Below are positions 26,817 through 34,674 of a stretch of 64,000 nucleotides of DNA, in pieces. The DNA is from Planctomycetota bacterium. GTDB lineage: Bacteria > Planctomycetota > UBA1135 > UBA2386. The number at the start of each line of letters is the position of its first letter. Position 1 is the stretch's first letter. The position numbers were made by a program, and so were the translations under genes. Under the pieces are notes generated by a model. That model was not told the DNA's origin. It saw only the letters and a program-made list of their open reading frames with translations, and ran no database searches. The DNA lies in assembly GCA_020638695.1 (NCBI GenBank), contig JACKIB010000004.1, positions 136,631 through 200,630 on the forward strand, written 5' to 3'.

Positions 26817-27799
26817 TCCTGGTGACCGGCGGAGCCGGCTATATCGGTTCGCACACGGTGTTGCAGTTGCGCGAGCGCGGGGCGGAGGTCCTGGTGCTCG
26901 ACGACCTCAGCGAGGGGCACCGCGATGCGCTGCTCGGTGCCGATCTGGTCGAGGGCTCGACCATGGATCGCGCCTTCCTCGAACGGGTGTTCGCCGAGCA
27001 CTCGATCGACGCGGTGTGCCACTTCGCTGCGCGTTGCTATGTCGGCGAGTCGGTACGCGACCCCGGCCAGTACTACCGCAACAACGTGGTCGGCACGCTC
27101 AACCTCCTGGAGGCCTGTGTCGCTGCGGGGGTCACCCGGTTCGTGTTCAGCTCGACCTGCGCCACCTACGGCGAGCCGCCCGCGGTGCCGATCGTGGAGA
27201 CGATGCCGCAGGCGCCGATCAACCCGTATGGCGAGACCAAGTTGGTGTGCGAGCGAATGTTGCGCGACCTGCAGCGGGCCCACGGGTTGCATTCGGTGTC
27301 GCTGCGCTACTTCAATGCCGCCGGCGCCGACCCCGAGGGGCGGATCGGGGAGGACCACGACCCCGAGACGCACCTCATCCCGTTGGTGCTCGGTGCCGCG
27401 ACGGGCAGGCGGCCGGCGCTCACAGTGTTCGGCGACGACTACCCGACTCCCGACGGCTCGTGCATTCGCGACTACGTGCACGTCACCGACCTCGCCGAGG
27501 CGCACGTGTTGGCCCTCGAGGCGATGGCCGGTGGTTTGACCGGGGCGCGCGCGTTCAACTTGGGAAGCGAGGCAGGCAACTCGGTGCTCGAAGTGATCCG
27601 GGCCGCCGAGCAGGTCACCGGCCGCTCGGTGCCGTACTCCGTCGGTCCGCGTCGCGCTGGCGATCCGCCAGTGCTGGTCGGCAGTCCGGCGAAGATCACC
27701 GCGGAACTCGGCTGGCGGCCGCGGTTCGCCGACATCCACGCGGTTCTCGAGACGGCATGGCGGTGGCACCGCGACCGCCCGGACGGTTTCGTCGCGTGA
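26813..27799 (+). CDS. galE: UDP-glucose 4-epimerase
   Basis: [16 protein letters not shown] Rossmann motif, SSTCATYG, the YGETK (YxxxK) catalytic motif, and IRDYVHVTDLAEAH. Confidence 0.9.
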   Translation: MILVTGGAGYIGSHTVLQLRERGAEVLVLDDLSEGHRDALLGADLVEGSTMDRAFLERVFAEHSIDAVCHFAARCYVGESVRDPGQYYRNNVVGTLNLLEACVAAGVTRFVFSSTCATYGEPPAVPIVETMPQAPINPYGETKLVCERMLRDLQRAHGLHSVSLRYFNAAGADPEGRIGEDHDPETHLIPLVLGAATGRRPALTVFGDDYPTPDGSCIRDYVHVTDLAEAHVLALEAMAGGLTGARAFNLGSEAGNSVLEVIRAAEQVTGRSVPYSVGPRRAGDPPVLVGSPAKITAELGWRPRFADIHAVLETAWRWHRDRPDGFVA

Positions 27800-28938
27800 G
27801 GTGGCTGCGCGTCGTGCTCTGCTGGTCGGGGCTCGCCGCGGCGACGGGCTGCGCCACCACCTACTCGGAGGCGCTGGACGAGTTCGACGCGATCACCGGT
27901 TGGACGAACCCGGCCCAGGAGCCGGGCATCGCCAGCTATCCGGCCAAGTCCCTGCAGTACCCGTGGTACTCCTCCTGGCTGCCGGTCGACCCGGTCCTCG
28001 ACGACGTCGAGAACCCGCCCGGCTTCGTGCGGCGGCGTATCGAGATCCTCGCGGCGCGCAGCGGCGAGGGGTTGGCACGGGTGGCGCCGGTCACCCGCAG
28101 ACTCCTGTGGATCGCGGACCGCGACCCGAACCCGCTGAATCGCATCGTCGCCCTGCAGGGAATCGAACGTGTGCTGGAGGTGCTGAACCTCGACCCGCTC
28201 GACCCGTCGGCGTACTCGAACGAGGAGTCTCCCGCCGAACTGCTACGCCGCGAGCAGCAGCTCGGCAACGCCCAGGCGACGCTGCGTCGTTTGCTGCAGC
28301 GGAAGGACCGAGCACGACTCGATGCCGCGGATCGAGCGACGTACTGTCGAGTGCTGCGGGAGTTGGCCGAGCGCCCGCTGGCGTCGCGTCGCCGCCAGCG
28401 AGACCTGATCCGCGTGCTGTGGTCGGTGCGCACAACCGAGCGGGAACCGCTGGTGGTCGCGGCGGCCAACGACGCGCTGCGCCGCGCGATTTGGTACGGC
28501 AGCTGCAACGCCTTGCGCGCGGCGCTCGTGCCGCAGGAGGCCGGTGCCCTCGATCAGCCGGAAGTGCGCGAGGAGGTGCTGTACATCTTCCGCCGGCTCG
28601 GCGGTGTGCCGGCCGTGCCATTCATCCTGCGGACCATGCAGCGGCCGCGGGTCGGCCCGCTCAATCGTTTCGATCCGGATCCGCGGGTGCGGATGAGCTT
28701 GGTTCGGATGTGTGCGCAGCTGCACTACCGGGAGCAGGAGCGGAGTTCGGGGCCGCAGCCGATCGAGTTCCTCTACGACACGGCGGTCGACCCCGACGAG
28801 GAGGAGACGCTGCGGCGGGTGGCACTCGAGGGACTGGCACGCAGCCTCGGATCGAAACGCGTGACCACGCCGATCTCGTTCGACGACGCCTGGGCCCGCG
28901 CCTGGTGGCGCAGCCACGTGCTGGGGCGGGATCGCTGA
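27796..28938 (+). CDS. HEAT-like helical-repeat lipoprotein
   Basis: GTG 27796 overlaps the galE stop (GTGA). Signal and lipobox WLRVVLCWSGLAAATGC, then an all-helical repeat body. The listed ORF start (27016) lies inside galE. Confidence 0.55.
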   Translation: MRWLRVVLCWSGLAAATGCATTYSEALDEFDAITGWTNPAQEPGIASYPAKSLQYPWYSSWLPVDPVLDDVENPPGFVRRRIEILAARSGEGLARVAPVTRRLLWIADRDPNPLNRIVALQGIERVLEVLNLDPLDPSAYSNEESPAELLRREQQLGNAQATLRRLLQRKDRARLDAADRATYCRVLRELAERPLASRRRQRDLIRVLWSVRTTEREPLVVAAANDALRRAIWYGSCNALRAALVPQEAGALDQPEVREEVLYIFRRLGGVPAVPFILRTMQRPRVGPLNRFDPDPRVRMSLVRMCAQLHYREQERSSGPQPIEFLYDTAVDPDEEETLRRVALEGLARSLGSKRVTTPISFDDAWARAWWRSHVLGRDR

Positions 28939-29504
28939 TGCTCTCGGCTTGGCTCGAAGAGACCCTGGCGTACGACGGCAGCCAGCTGCGAGCCCACTGG
29001 ATCCTGCGGCACTGCGGGCTGGTCGGCGACGCGGTGGTGGCGTTCCGCGGCCCGTGTCGGGTGGCTGATCGGGAGATGGCAGACCTCGAAGACCTGCTGT
29101 CCGGAGTCGGGATCGCTGGCGATGACATGGTGCACTTCCTGTGCGAGTGCTTCGACGATGGTGACTTGCTGCGGGCCGTCTATGTGCAGCGGCTGTTCTC
29201 CGCCGCCGCGGGCGATACGCTGCGGGCCCTCGCACCCGGAGTCGACCTGCGCCGGCAGGGCGACGACTTGTTCGTCGGTCCGGGGAAGCTCTCCATCTCC
29301 ATTGCCACGCGCTCCCCGGTCTCGACCTTGATCCATTTCGCCGTGAACGTCTCGAACGAGGGGACCCCGGTCCACACCGCCGCGCTCGCGGACCTCGGGG
29401 TCGATCCCGCCGAGTTCGCGCAGCGGTTGCTGGGCGACTGGACAGCGGAGGTGGAGTCCGTCCGCCTGGCGCGTGCCAAAGTGCGCGCGAAGGACGAAGC
29501 GTAG
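28938..29504 (+). CDS. Small cytoplasmic conserved hypothetical protein (resembles DUF366 family as I remember it)
   Basis: ATG 28938 overlaps the preceding stop by 1 nt. The 188-aa product has strings MVHFLCECF and GDDLFVGPGKLSISIATRSPVSTLIHFAVNV, which I associate with DUF366. The assignment is unverified. Confidence 0.5.
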   Translation: MLSAWLEETLAYDGSQLRAHWILRHCGLVGDAVVAFRGPCRVADREMADLEDLLSGVGIAGDDMVHFLCECFDDGDLLRAVYVQRLFSAAAGDTLRALAPGVDLRRQGDDLFVGPGKLSISIATRSPVSTLIHFAVNVSNEGTPVHTAALADLGVDPAEFAQRLLGDWTAEVESVRLARAKVRAKDEA

Positions 29505-30745
29505 TGCGCCGTCATCTGCTCACCGCCGGCAAGCTGCTGTTCGTCGCGGGGCTCATGTACTGGGTGCTCAGCAACATCCAGTGGCGCGACAGCTGGGTGA
29601 AGATCGATCCGGTGGCGAAGCAAGAGACCCGCCACTTCGGCTACATCCAGGGGGCGTGGGATGGCGTCGAGGTGCGGTTTCGTTCGGAGGACGGCGGACC
29701 CCCGCAGGTGCTGCGTCCCGATGCGAACTTGCGGGTCGACCCGGGACTCCCCACTCTCTGGCTCAACCTGCGGGCGGGGTGGTTCGCCCTCGGCGCGCTG
29801 TGCTACCTGCTGACGGTCAGCTTCGCATCCTCGCGCTGGTGGTGGCTGCTCGAGGTCAATCGGTTGCCGATCGGCTACTGGGCGGCATACCGGTACACCT
29901 GGGTCGGGGTGTTCTTCAACAACGTCGTTCCTGGGCAGACCGGCGGCGACCTGGTGAAGGCGATCTACGTGATGAAGCGCTGCCACGGCGAGCGGGTGCC
30001 GGCGATGATGTCGGTCGTCATCGACCGCATCCTCGGACTGGCATCGCTGTCGCTGCTGGCCGCGATCGCGGTGCTGTTCTACCTGGACAACTCGGAGTTC
30101 GCGACCCTGGCCGCCGTGCTGTGGGCCGTGCTCGCCGGGGTGGTGCTGCTCGGCGTGGTGGCGTTCAGCCGCCGAATCCGCTCGCTGATTCGGCTGCGGG
30201 ATCTGCTCGAGAAGCTGCCGCCGAAGTTGAGTCACGTGCTCAAGCGGATCGATCACGCGGTGTACTTCTACCGCGGCCACAAGACCGGGATCTTCGTCTG
30301 GCTGCTGCTCGGCACCATCAACCACGTGCTCAGCGTGGCCAGCTACGCATTCGTCGGTGAGGCGCTCGGGGTCGGGATCCCGATGCAAGACTACTTCGTG
30401 CTGATCCCGATCATCGTCATCGTGTCCGCGGTACCCATCGCGCCGAACGGCTGGGGCGTGGGCGAGTTCATGTTCCGCCGGCTGTTCGGCGACTTCGGTG
30501 CACCCCACCTGGTCGGCGCCGACGCGCTTACCGCGACCAAGGTGATGGGCACCCGCGGCGTCGCGCTGTCGCTGCTCTACCGCATCCACCTCACGCTGTG
30601 GTCGTTGGTCGGCGGCGTGCTGTTCTTCTTCGACAAGGACAAGGTCACGCGCGCGGAGATGGAACGTCAAGCCGCTGCGGAAGAGGTCGAGGAGGCGCAG
30701 ATCGACGCCGAGATGGAAGAAGCCTCGGGCGCCGCGCCTCGCTAG
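29504..30745 (+). CDS. UPF0104 / lysyl-phosphatidylglycerol-synthase-TM-type (flippase-like) integral membrane protein
   Basis: GTG 29504 overlaps the preceding TAG by 1 nt. About 8 TM helices and the motif NNVVPGQTGGDLVKAIYV typical of the UPF0104 family, plus an acidic C-terminal tail. Confidence 0.7.
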   Translation: MRRHLLTAGKLLFVAGLMYWVLSNIQWRDSWVKIDPVAKQETRHFGYIQGAWDGVEVRFRSEDGGPPQVLRPDANLRVDPGLPTLWLNLRAGWFALGALCYLLTVSFASSRWWWLLEVNRLPIGYWAAYRYTWVGVFFNNVVPGQTGGDLVKAIYVMKRCHGERVPAMMSVVIDRILGLASLSLLAAIAVLFYLDNSEFATLAAVLWAVLAGVVLLGVVAFSRRIRSLIRLRDLLEKLPPKLSHVLKRIDHAVYFYRGHKTGIFVWLLLGTINHVLSVASYAFVGEALGVGIPMQDYFVLIPIIVIVSAVPIAPNGWGVGEFMFRRLFGDFGAPHLVGADALTATKVMGTRGVALSLLYRIHLTLWSLVGGVLFFFDKDKVTRAEMERQAAAEEVEEAQIDAEMEEASGAAPR

Positions 30746-31001
30746 CGCTAGCGTCCGGCGGGATTGGGGCTGGGCGCTGGGTTGTGCGCGCCGGGGCATC
30801 TGGGCTCGCTCAACCTCGAACTCGGCCGTGTGGTGTGCGGCGTGCCTCTCGGGGTCCGGTCGATGCGTCGGGTGCGGGGGTGATGGACACTCGGGGTGGG
30901 GCTCATGTGGGGGTGGCGTGGGGTGGTGGTGTGGTGGTGTGGTGAACTGCTTGGCTGCTGAGCTCCCTCAACCTCGAGCTCTGAAGCCGCAGGGCTCTCC
31001 A

Positions 31002-31076
31002 CGGCCCCGTCGCCGTCGGCATCGGTCCGGGCTCGCTTCGCTCGGCTAGAGCGACCGATGCCGACGGCGACGGGGC
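31002..31076. repeat. Hairpin A, copy 1 (25-bp perfect stem, 25-nt loop)
   Basis: GGCCCCGTCGCCGTCGGCATCGGTC ... GACCGATGCCGACGGCGACGGGGCC. Arms are exact reverse complements. Confidence 0.9.
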
Positions 31077-31306
31077 CGCGGGAGAGCAGGAGGGGTCTGG
31101 GGTGGAAGGCCGTGCGATCTGATTGAGCACTGACCGGATCGTGTTGCGGTGGCGAGTGGTGATGCGGGAGGTGATCGATCGACGATTCACACTCGAGTAG
31201 ATCGGCTCGATGCGGCTGGGCCCGCATTACATGTGAAAACATTGAAGCGTGACTTGACTTGTCGTGACTTTGTTCGTAGAACTATGCTCTAACAAAAGGT
31301 AGGGTG

Positions 31307-31776
31307 ATGCGGATGAAGCGATCGAAGGACGACACGGGCCTGCTGCCGTTCCCTCGCATGAACTGGGGAGGTCGGCGCAAGGGAGCGGGGCGCAAGCCGA
31401 AGGGTGACAAGGCCGCTCGTGCTTGTCGCGCGGCATGCAGGGATTGTTGGTCCGCATCGCTCGGGCCTTGAACCGGCTGTGGCGTCGCGTAGGCAAGGTC
31501 TTCGCCGACCGCTACCACGACCACATCCTCCGCACGCCCCGCGAAGTGCGCCACGCGCTGGCCTACGTGCTCAACAACGCCCGCCGCCACGGCGTGCGGT
31601 TGGCACAGGAGATCGACTGGTTCACCTCGGGATGCTGGTTCGACGGTTGGCGCGAGAAGCTGACGAGCAAGCTGCCCTCAGGCCTCACCAAACCGGTCGC
31701 ACGCGCCCGCAACTGGCTGCTGAACATCGGCTGGCGCAGGCACGGCCTGATCGATCACCACGAGGTCCCCGGCTGA
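31307..31776 (+). pseudogene. RAYT-type transposase, copy 1, with an internal 214-bp deletion removing the HUH motif
   Basis: Same start context and the same C-terminal 117 codons as copy 2. The segment equivalent to 32576-32789 is missing, with the junction at CCG 31413-31415. 214 is not divisible by 3, so the frame is lost. Confidence 0.8.
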
Positions 31777-31827
31777 AGACCGCCATCGCATTCCACCCTC
31801 CTAGGACTCCACCCACTCCCCTCGCGG

Positions 31828-31886
31828 CCCCGTCGGCATCGGCTTCGGTCGCAACTTGCCTTGGGCCGAAGCCGATGCCGACGGGG
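31828..31886. repeat. Hairpin B, copy 1 (21-bp perfect stem, 17-nt loop)
   Basis: CCCCGTCGGCATCGGCTTCGG tcgcaacttgccttggg CCGAAGCCGATGCCGACGGGG, about 50 nt after the RAYT stop. Confidence 0.9.
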
Positions 31887-32162
31887 TCGTGAGGGGAGCC
31901 CTCGCGGTTCTCGAGGCTGAGGCCGAGCGAGCCCAAGACCCCACGCGGCGGTCGTCGACCGCACCGCACCTCGAACCCCCAACGGTAGTCTAGTCTCAGC
32001 AACCGATCGGCCTCGACCGACTCGGTCGCGCGCAGCCTCGCCGCTGCGCAGCGCGACGTTGCCCAGCAACACGGATTCGGAGTTGTTGTGGTGTGGGTGT
32101 GGCGGTGCTTGGACTGCTGAGCTCCCTCAACCTCGAGCTCTGAAGCCGCGGGGCTCTCCCAC

Positions 32163-32237
32163 GGCCCCGTCGCCGTCGGCATCGGTCCGGGCTCGCTTCG
32201 CTCGGCTAGAGCGACCGATGCCGACGGCGACGGGGCC
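32163..32237. repeat. Hairpin A, copy 2
   Basis: Identical arms and loop to copy 1. Confidence 0.9.
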
Positions 32238-32387
32238 GCGGGAGAGCGGGTGGGGTCTGGGGGTGGAAGGCCGTGCGATCTGATTGAGCACTGACCGGAT
32301 CGTGTTGCGGTGGCGAGTGGTGATGCCGGAGGTGATCGATCGACGATTCACACTCGAGTAGATCGGCTCGATGCGGCTGGGCCCGCA

Positions 32388-32456
32388 TTACATGTGAAAA
32401 CATTGAAGCGTGACTTGACTTGTCGTGACTTTGTTCGTAGAACTATGCTCTAACAA
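32388..32456 (+). promoter_or_regulatory. AT-rich island upstream of the intact RAYT gene (putative promoter/operator); present in all three units
   Basis: The only clearly AT-rich ~70 bp in the window. TTGACT (32415-32420) is followed by 17 nt, then TAGAAC/TATGCT, and then AAGGGTAGGG before ATG 32467. Contains GTGACTT direct repeats. Confidence 0.3.
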
Positions 32457-32466
32457 GGGTAGGGTG

Positions 32467-33150
32467 ATGCGGATGAAGCGATCGAAGGACGACGCGGGCC
32501 TGCTGCCGTTCCCTCGCATGAACTGGGGAGGTCGGCGCAAGGGAGCGGGGCGCAAGCCGAAGGGCGACAAGGCCGGGGTATCGCATCGAAGTCGTGCGGC
32601 GTTGGCCTCGCGCTTTCCGGTGCACGTGACGACGCGGTTGGTGCGCGGGCTTCCGTCGCTGCGGAGCCAGGGCGTGTACGCGGTGCTGCTCGCGGCGTTT
32701 GCGAAGGGCTGCGAAGGCAACGGCTTTCGCCTGGTGCACTACTCCGTGCAGGGCAACCACCTGCACATGATCGTCGAGGCGAACGACCGCTCGTGCTTGT
32801 CGCGCGGCATGCAGGGGTTGTTGGTTCGCATCGCTCGGGCCTTGAACCGGCTGTGGCGTCGCGTAGGCAAGGTGTTCGCCGACCGCTACCACGACCACAT
32901 CCTCCGCACGCCTCGCGAAGTGCGCCACGCGCTGGCCTACGTGCTCAACAACGCCCGCCGCCACGGCGTGCGGTTGGCACAGGAGATCGACTGGTTCACC
33001 TCGGGATGCTGGTTCGACGGTTGGCGCGAGAAGCTGACGAGCAAGCTGCCCTCAGGCCTCACCAAACCGGTCGCACGCGCCCGCAACTGGCTGCTGAACA
33101 TCGGCTGGCGCCGACACGGCCCGATCGATCACCACGAGGTCCCCGGCTGA
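32467..33150 (+). CDS. REP-associated tyrosine transposase-like protein (IS200/IS605 Y1 HUH family), intact copy, 227 aa
   Basis: HUH motif in VQGNHLHMIVEA (CAC CTG CAC at 32758-32766). Catalytic-Tyr helix HALAYVLNNARRHG (TAC 32938-32940). A basic N-terminus, and flanked by hairpins A2 and B2. Confidence 0.8.
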   Translation: MRMKRSKDDAGLLPFPRMNWGGRRKGAGRKPKGDKAGVSHRSRAALASRFPVHVTTRLVRGLPSLRSQGVYAVLLAAFAKGCEGNGFRLVHYSVQGNHLHMIVEANDRSCLSRGMQGLLVRIARALNRLWRRVGKVFADRYHDHILRTPREVRHALAYVLNNARRHGVRLAQEIDWFTSGCWFDGWREKLTSKLPSGLTKPVARARNWLLNIGWRRHGPIDHHEVPG

Positions 33151-33202
33151 AGACCACCATCGCACTTCCACCCTCCTAGGACTCCACCCACTCCCCTCGC
33201 GG

Positions 33203-33261
33203 CCCCGTCGGCATCGGCTTCGGTCGCAACTTGCCTTGGGCCGAAGCCGATGCCGACGGGG
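33203..33261. repeat. Hairpin B, copy 2
   Basis: Identical to copy 1. Confidence 0.9.
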
Positions 33262-33537
33262 TCGTGAGGGAGCCCTCGCTGATTCTCGAGGCTGAGGCCG
33301 AGCGAGCCCAAGACCCCACGCGGCGGTCGTCGACCGCACCGCACCTCGAACCCCCAACGGTAGTCTAGTCTCAGCAACCGATCGGCCTCGACCGACTCGG
33401 TCGCGCGCAACCTCGCCGCTGCGCAGCGCGACGTTGCCCAGCAACACGGATTCGGAGTTGTTGTGGTGTGGGTGTGGCGGTGCTTGGACTGCTGAGCTCC
33501 CCTCAACCTCGAGCTCTGAAGCCGCGGGGCTCTCCAC

Positions 33538-33612
33538 GGCCCCGTCGCCGTCGGCATCGGTCCGGGCTCGCTTCGCTCGGCTAGAGCGACCGATGCCGAC
33601 GGCGACAGGGCC
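33538..33612. repeat. Hairpin A, copy 3 (one mismatch)
   Basis: Same as copies 1 and 2, except the right arm reads GACAGGGCC instead of GACGGGGCC. Confidence 0.85.
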
Positions 33613-33840
33613 GCGGAGAGCAGGAGGGGTCTGGGGGTGGAAGGCCGTGCGATCTGATTGAGCACTGACCGGATCGTGTTGCGGTGGCGAGTGGTGATGC
33701 CGGAGGTGATCGATCGACGATTCACACTCGAGTAGATCGGCTCGATGCGGCTGGGCCCGCATTACATGTGAAAACATTGAAGCGTGACTTGACTTGTCGT
33801 GACTTTGTTCGTAGAACTATGCTCTAACAAAGGTAGGGTG

Positions 33841-34524
33841 ATGCGGATGAAGCGATCGAAGGACGACACGGGCCTGCTGCCGTTCCCTCGCATGAACTGG
33901 GGAGGTCGGCGCAAGGGAGCGGGGCGCAAGCCGAAGGGTGACAAGGCCGGCGTATCGCATCGAAGTCGTGCGGCGTTGGCCTCGCGGTTTCCGGTGCACG
34001 TGACGACGCGGTTGGTGCGCGGGCTTCCGTCGCTGCGGAGCCAGGGCGTGTACGCGGTGCTGCTCGCGGCGTTTGCGAAGGGCTGCGAAGGCAACGGCTT
34101 TCGCCTGGTGCACTACTCCGTGCAGGGCAACCACCTGCACATGATCGTCGAGGCGAACGACCGCTCGTGCTTGTCGCGCGGCATGCAGGGATTGTTGGTC
34201 CGCATCGCTCGGGCCTTGAACCGGCTGTGGCGTCGCGTAGGCAAGGTCTTCGCCGACCGCTACCACGACCACATCCTCCGCACGCCTCGCTAAGTGCGCC
34301 ACGCGCTGGCCTACGTGCTCAACAACGCTCGCCGCCACGGCGTGCGGTTGGCACAGGAGATCGACTGGTTCACCTCGGGATGCTGGTTCGACGGTTGGCG
34401 CGAGAAGCTGACGAGCAAGCTGCCCTCAGGCCTCACCAAACCGGTCGCACGCGCCCGCAACTGGCTGCTGAACATCGGCTGGCGCAGGCACGGCCTGATC
34501 GATCACCACGAGGTCCCCGGCTGA
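33841..34524 (+). pseudogene. RAYT-type transposase, copy 3, with a premature stop (GAA to TAA at 34291-34293)
   Basis: Collinear with copy 2 for all 684 nt. The codon that is GAA (Glu) in copies 1 and 2 is TAA here, 14 codons upstream of the catalytic Tyr. Confidence 0.85.
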
Positions 34525-34576
34525 AGACCACCTTCGCACTTCCACCCTCCTAGGACTCCACCCACTCCCCTCGCGG

Positions 34577-34635
34577 CCCCGTCGGCATCGGCTTCGGTCG
34601 CAACTTGCCTTGGGCCGAAGCCGATGCCGACGGGG
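34577..34635. repeat. Hairpin B, copy 3
   Basis: Identical to copy 1. Confidence 0.9.
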
Positions 34636-34674
34636 TCGTGGGGAGCCCTCGCGGTTCTCGAGGCTGAGGCCGAG

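Noticed and set aside
30748-33777. Minus-strand ORF family (MFSHVMRAQPHRADLLECESSIDH...) present in each RAYT unit
   Set aside because: It starts in the AT-rich patch and runs straight through hairpin A. Its length and C-terminus differ in every unit (164, 65 and 241 aa). It is most simply an open frame created by GC-rich repeat DNA.
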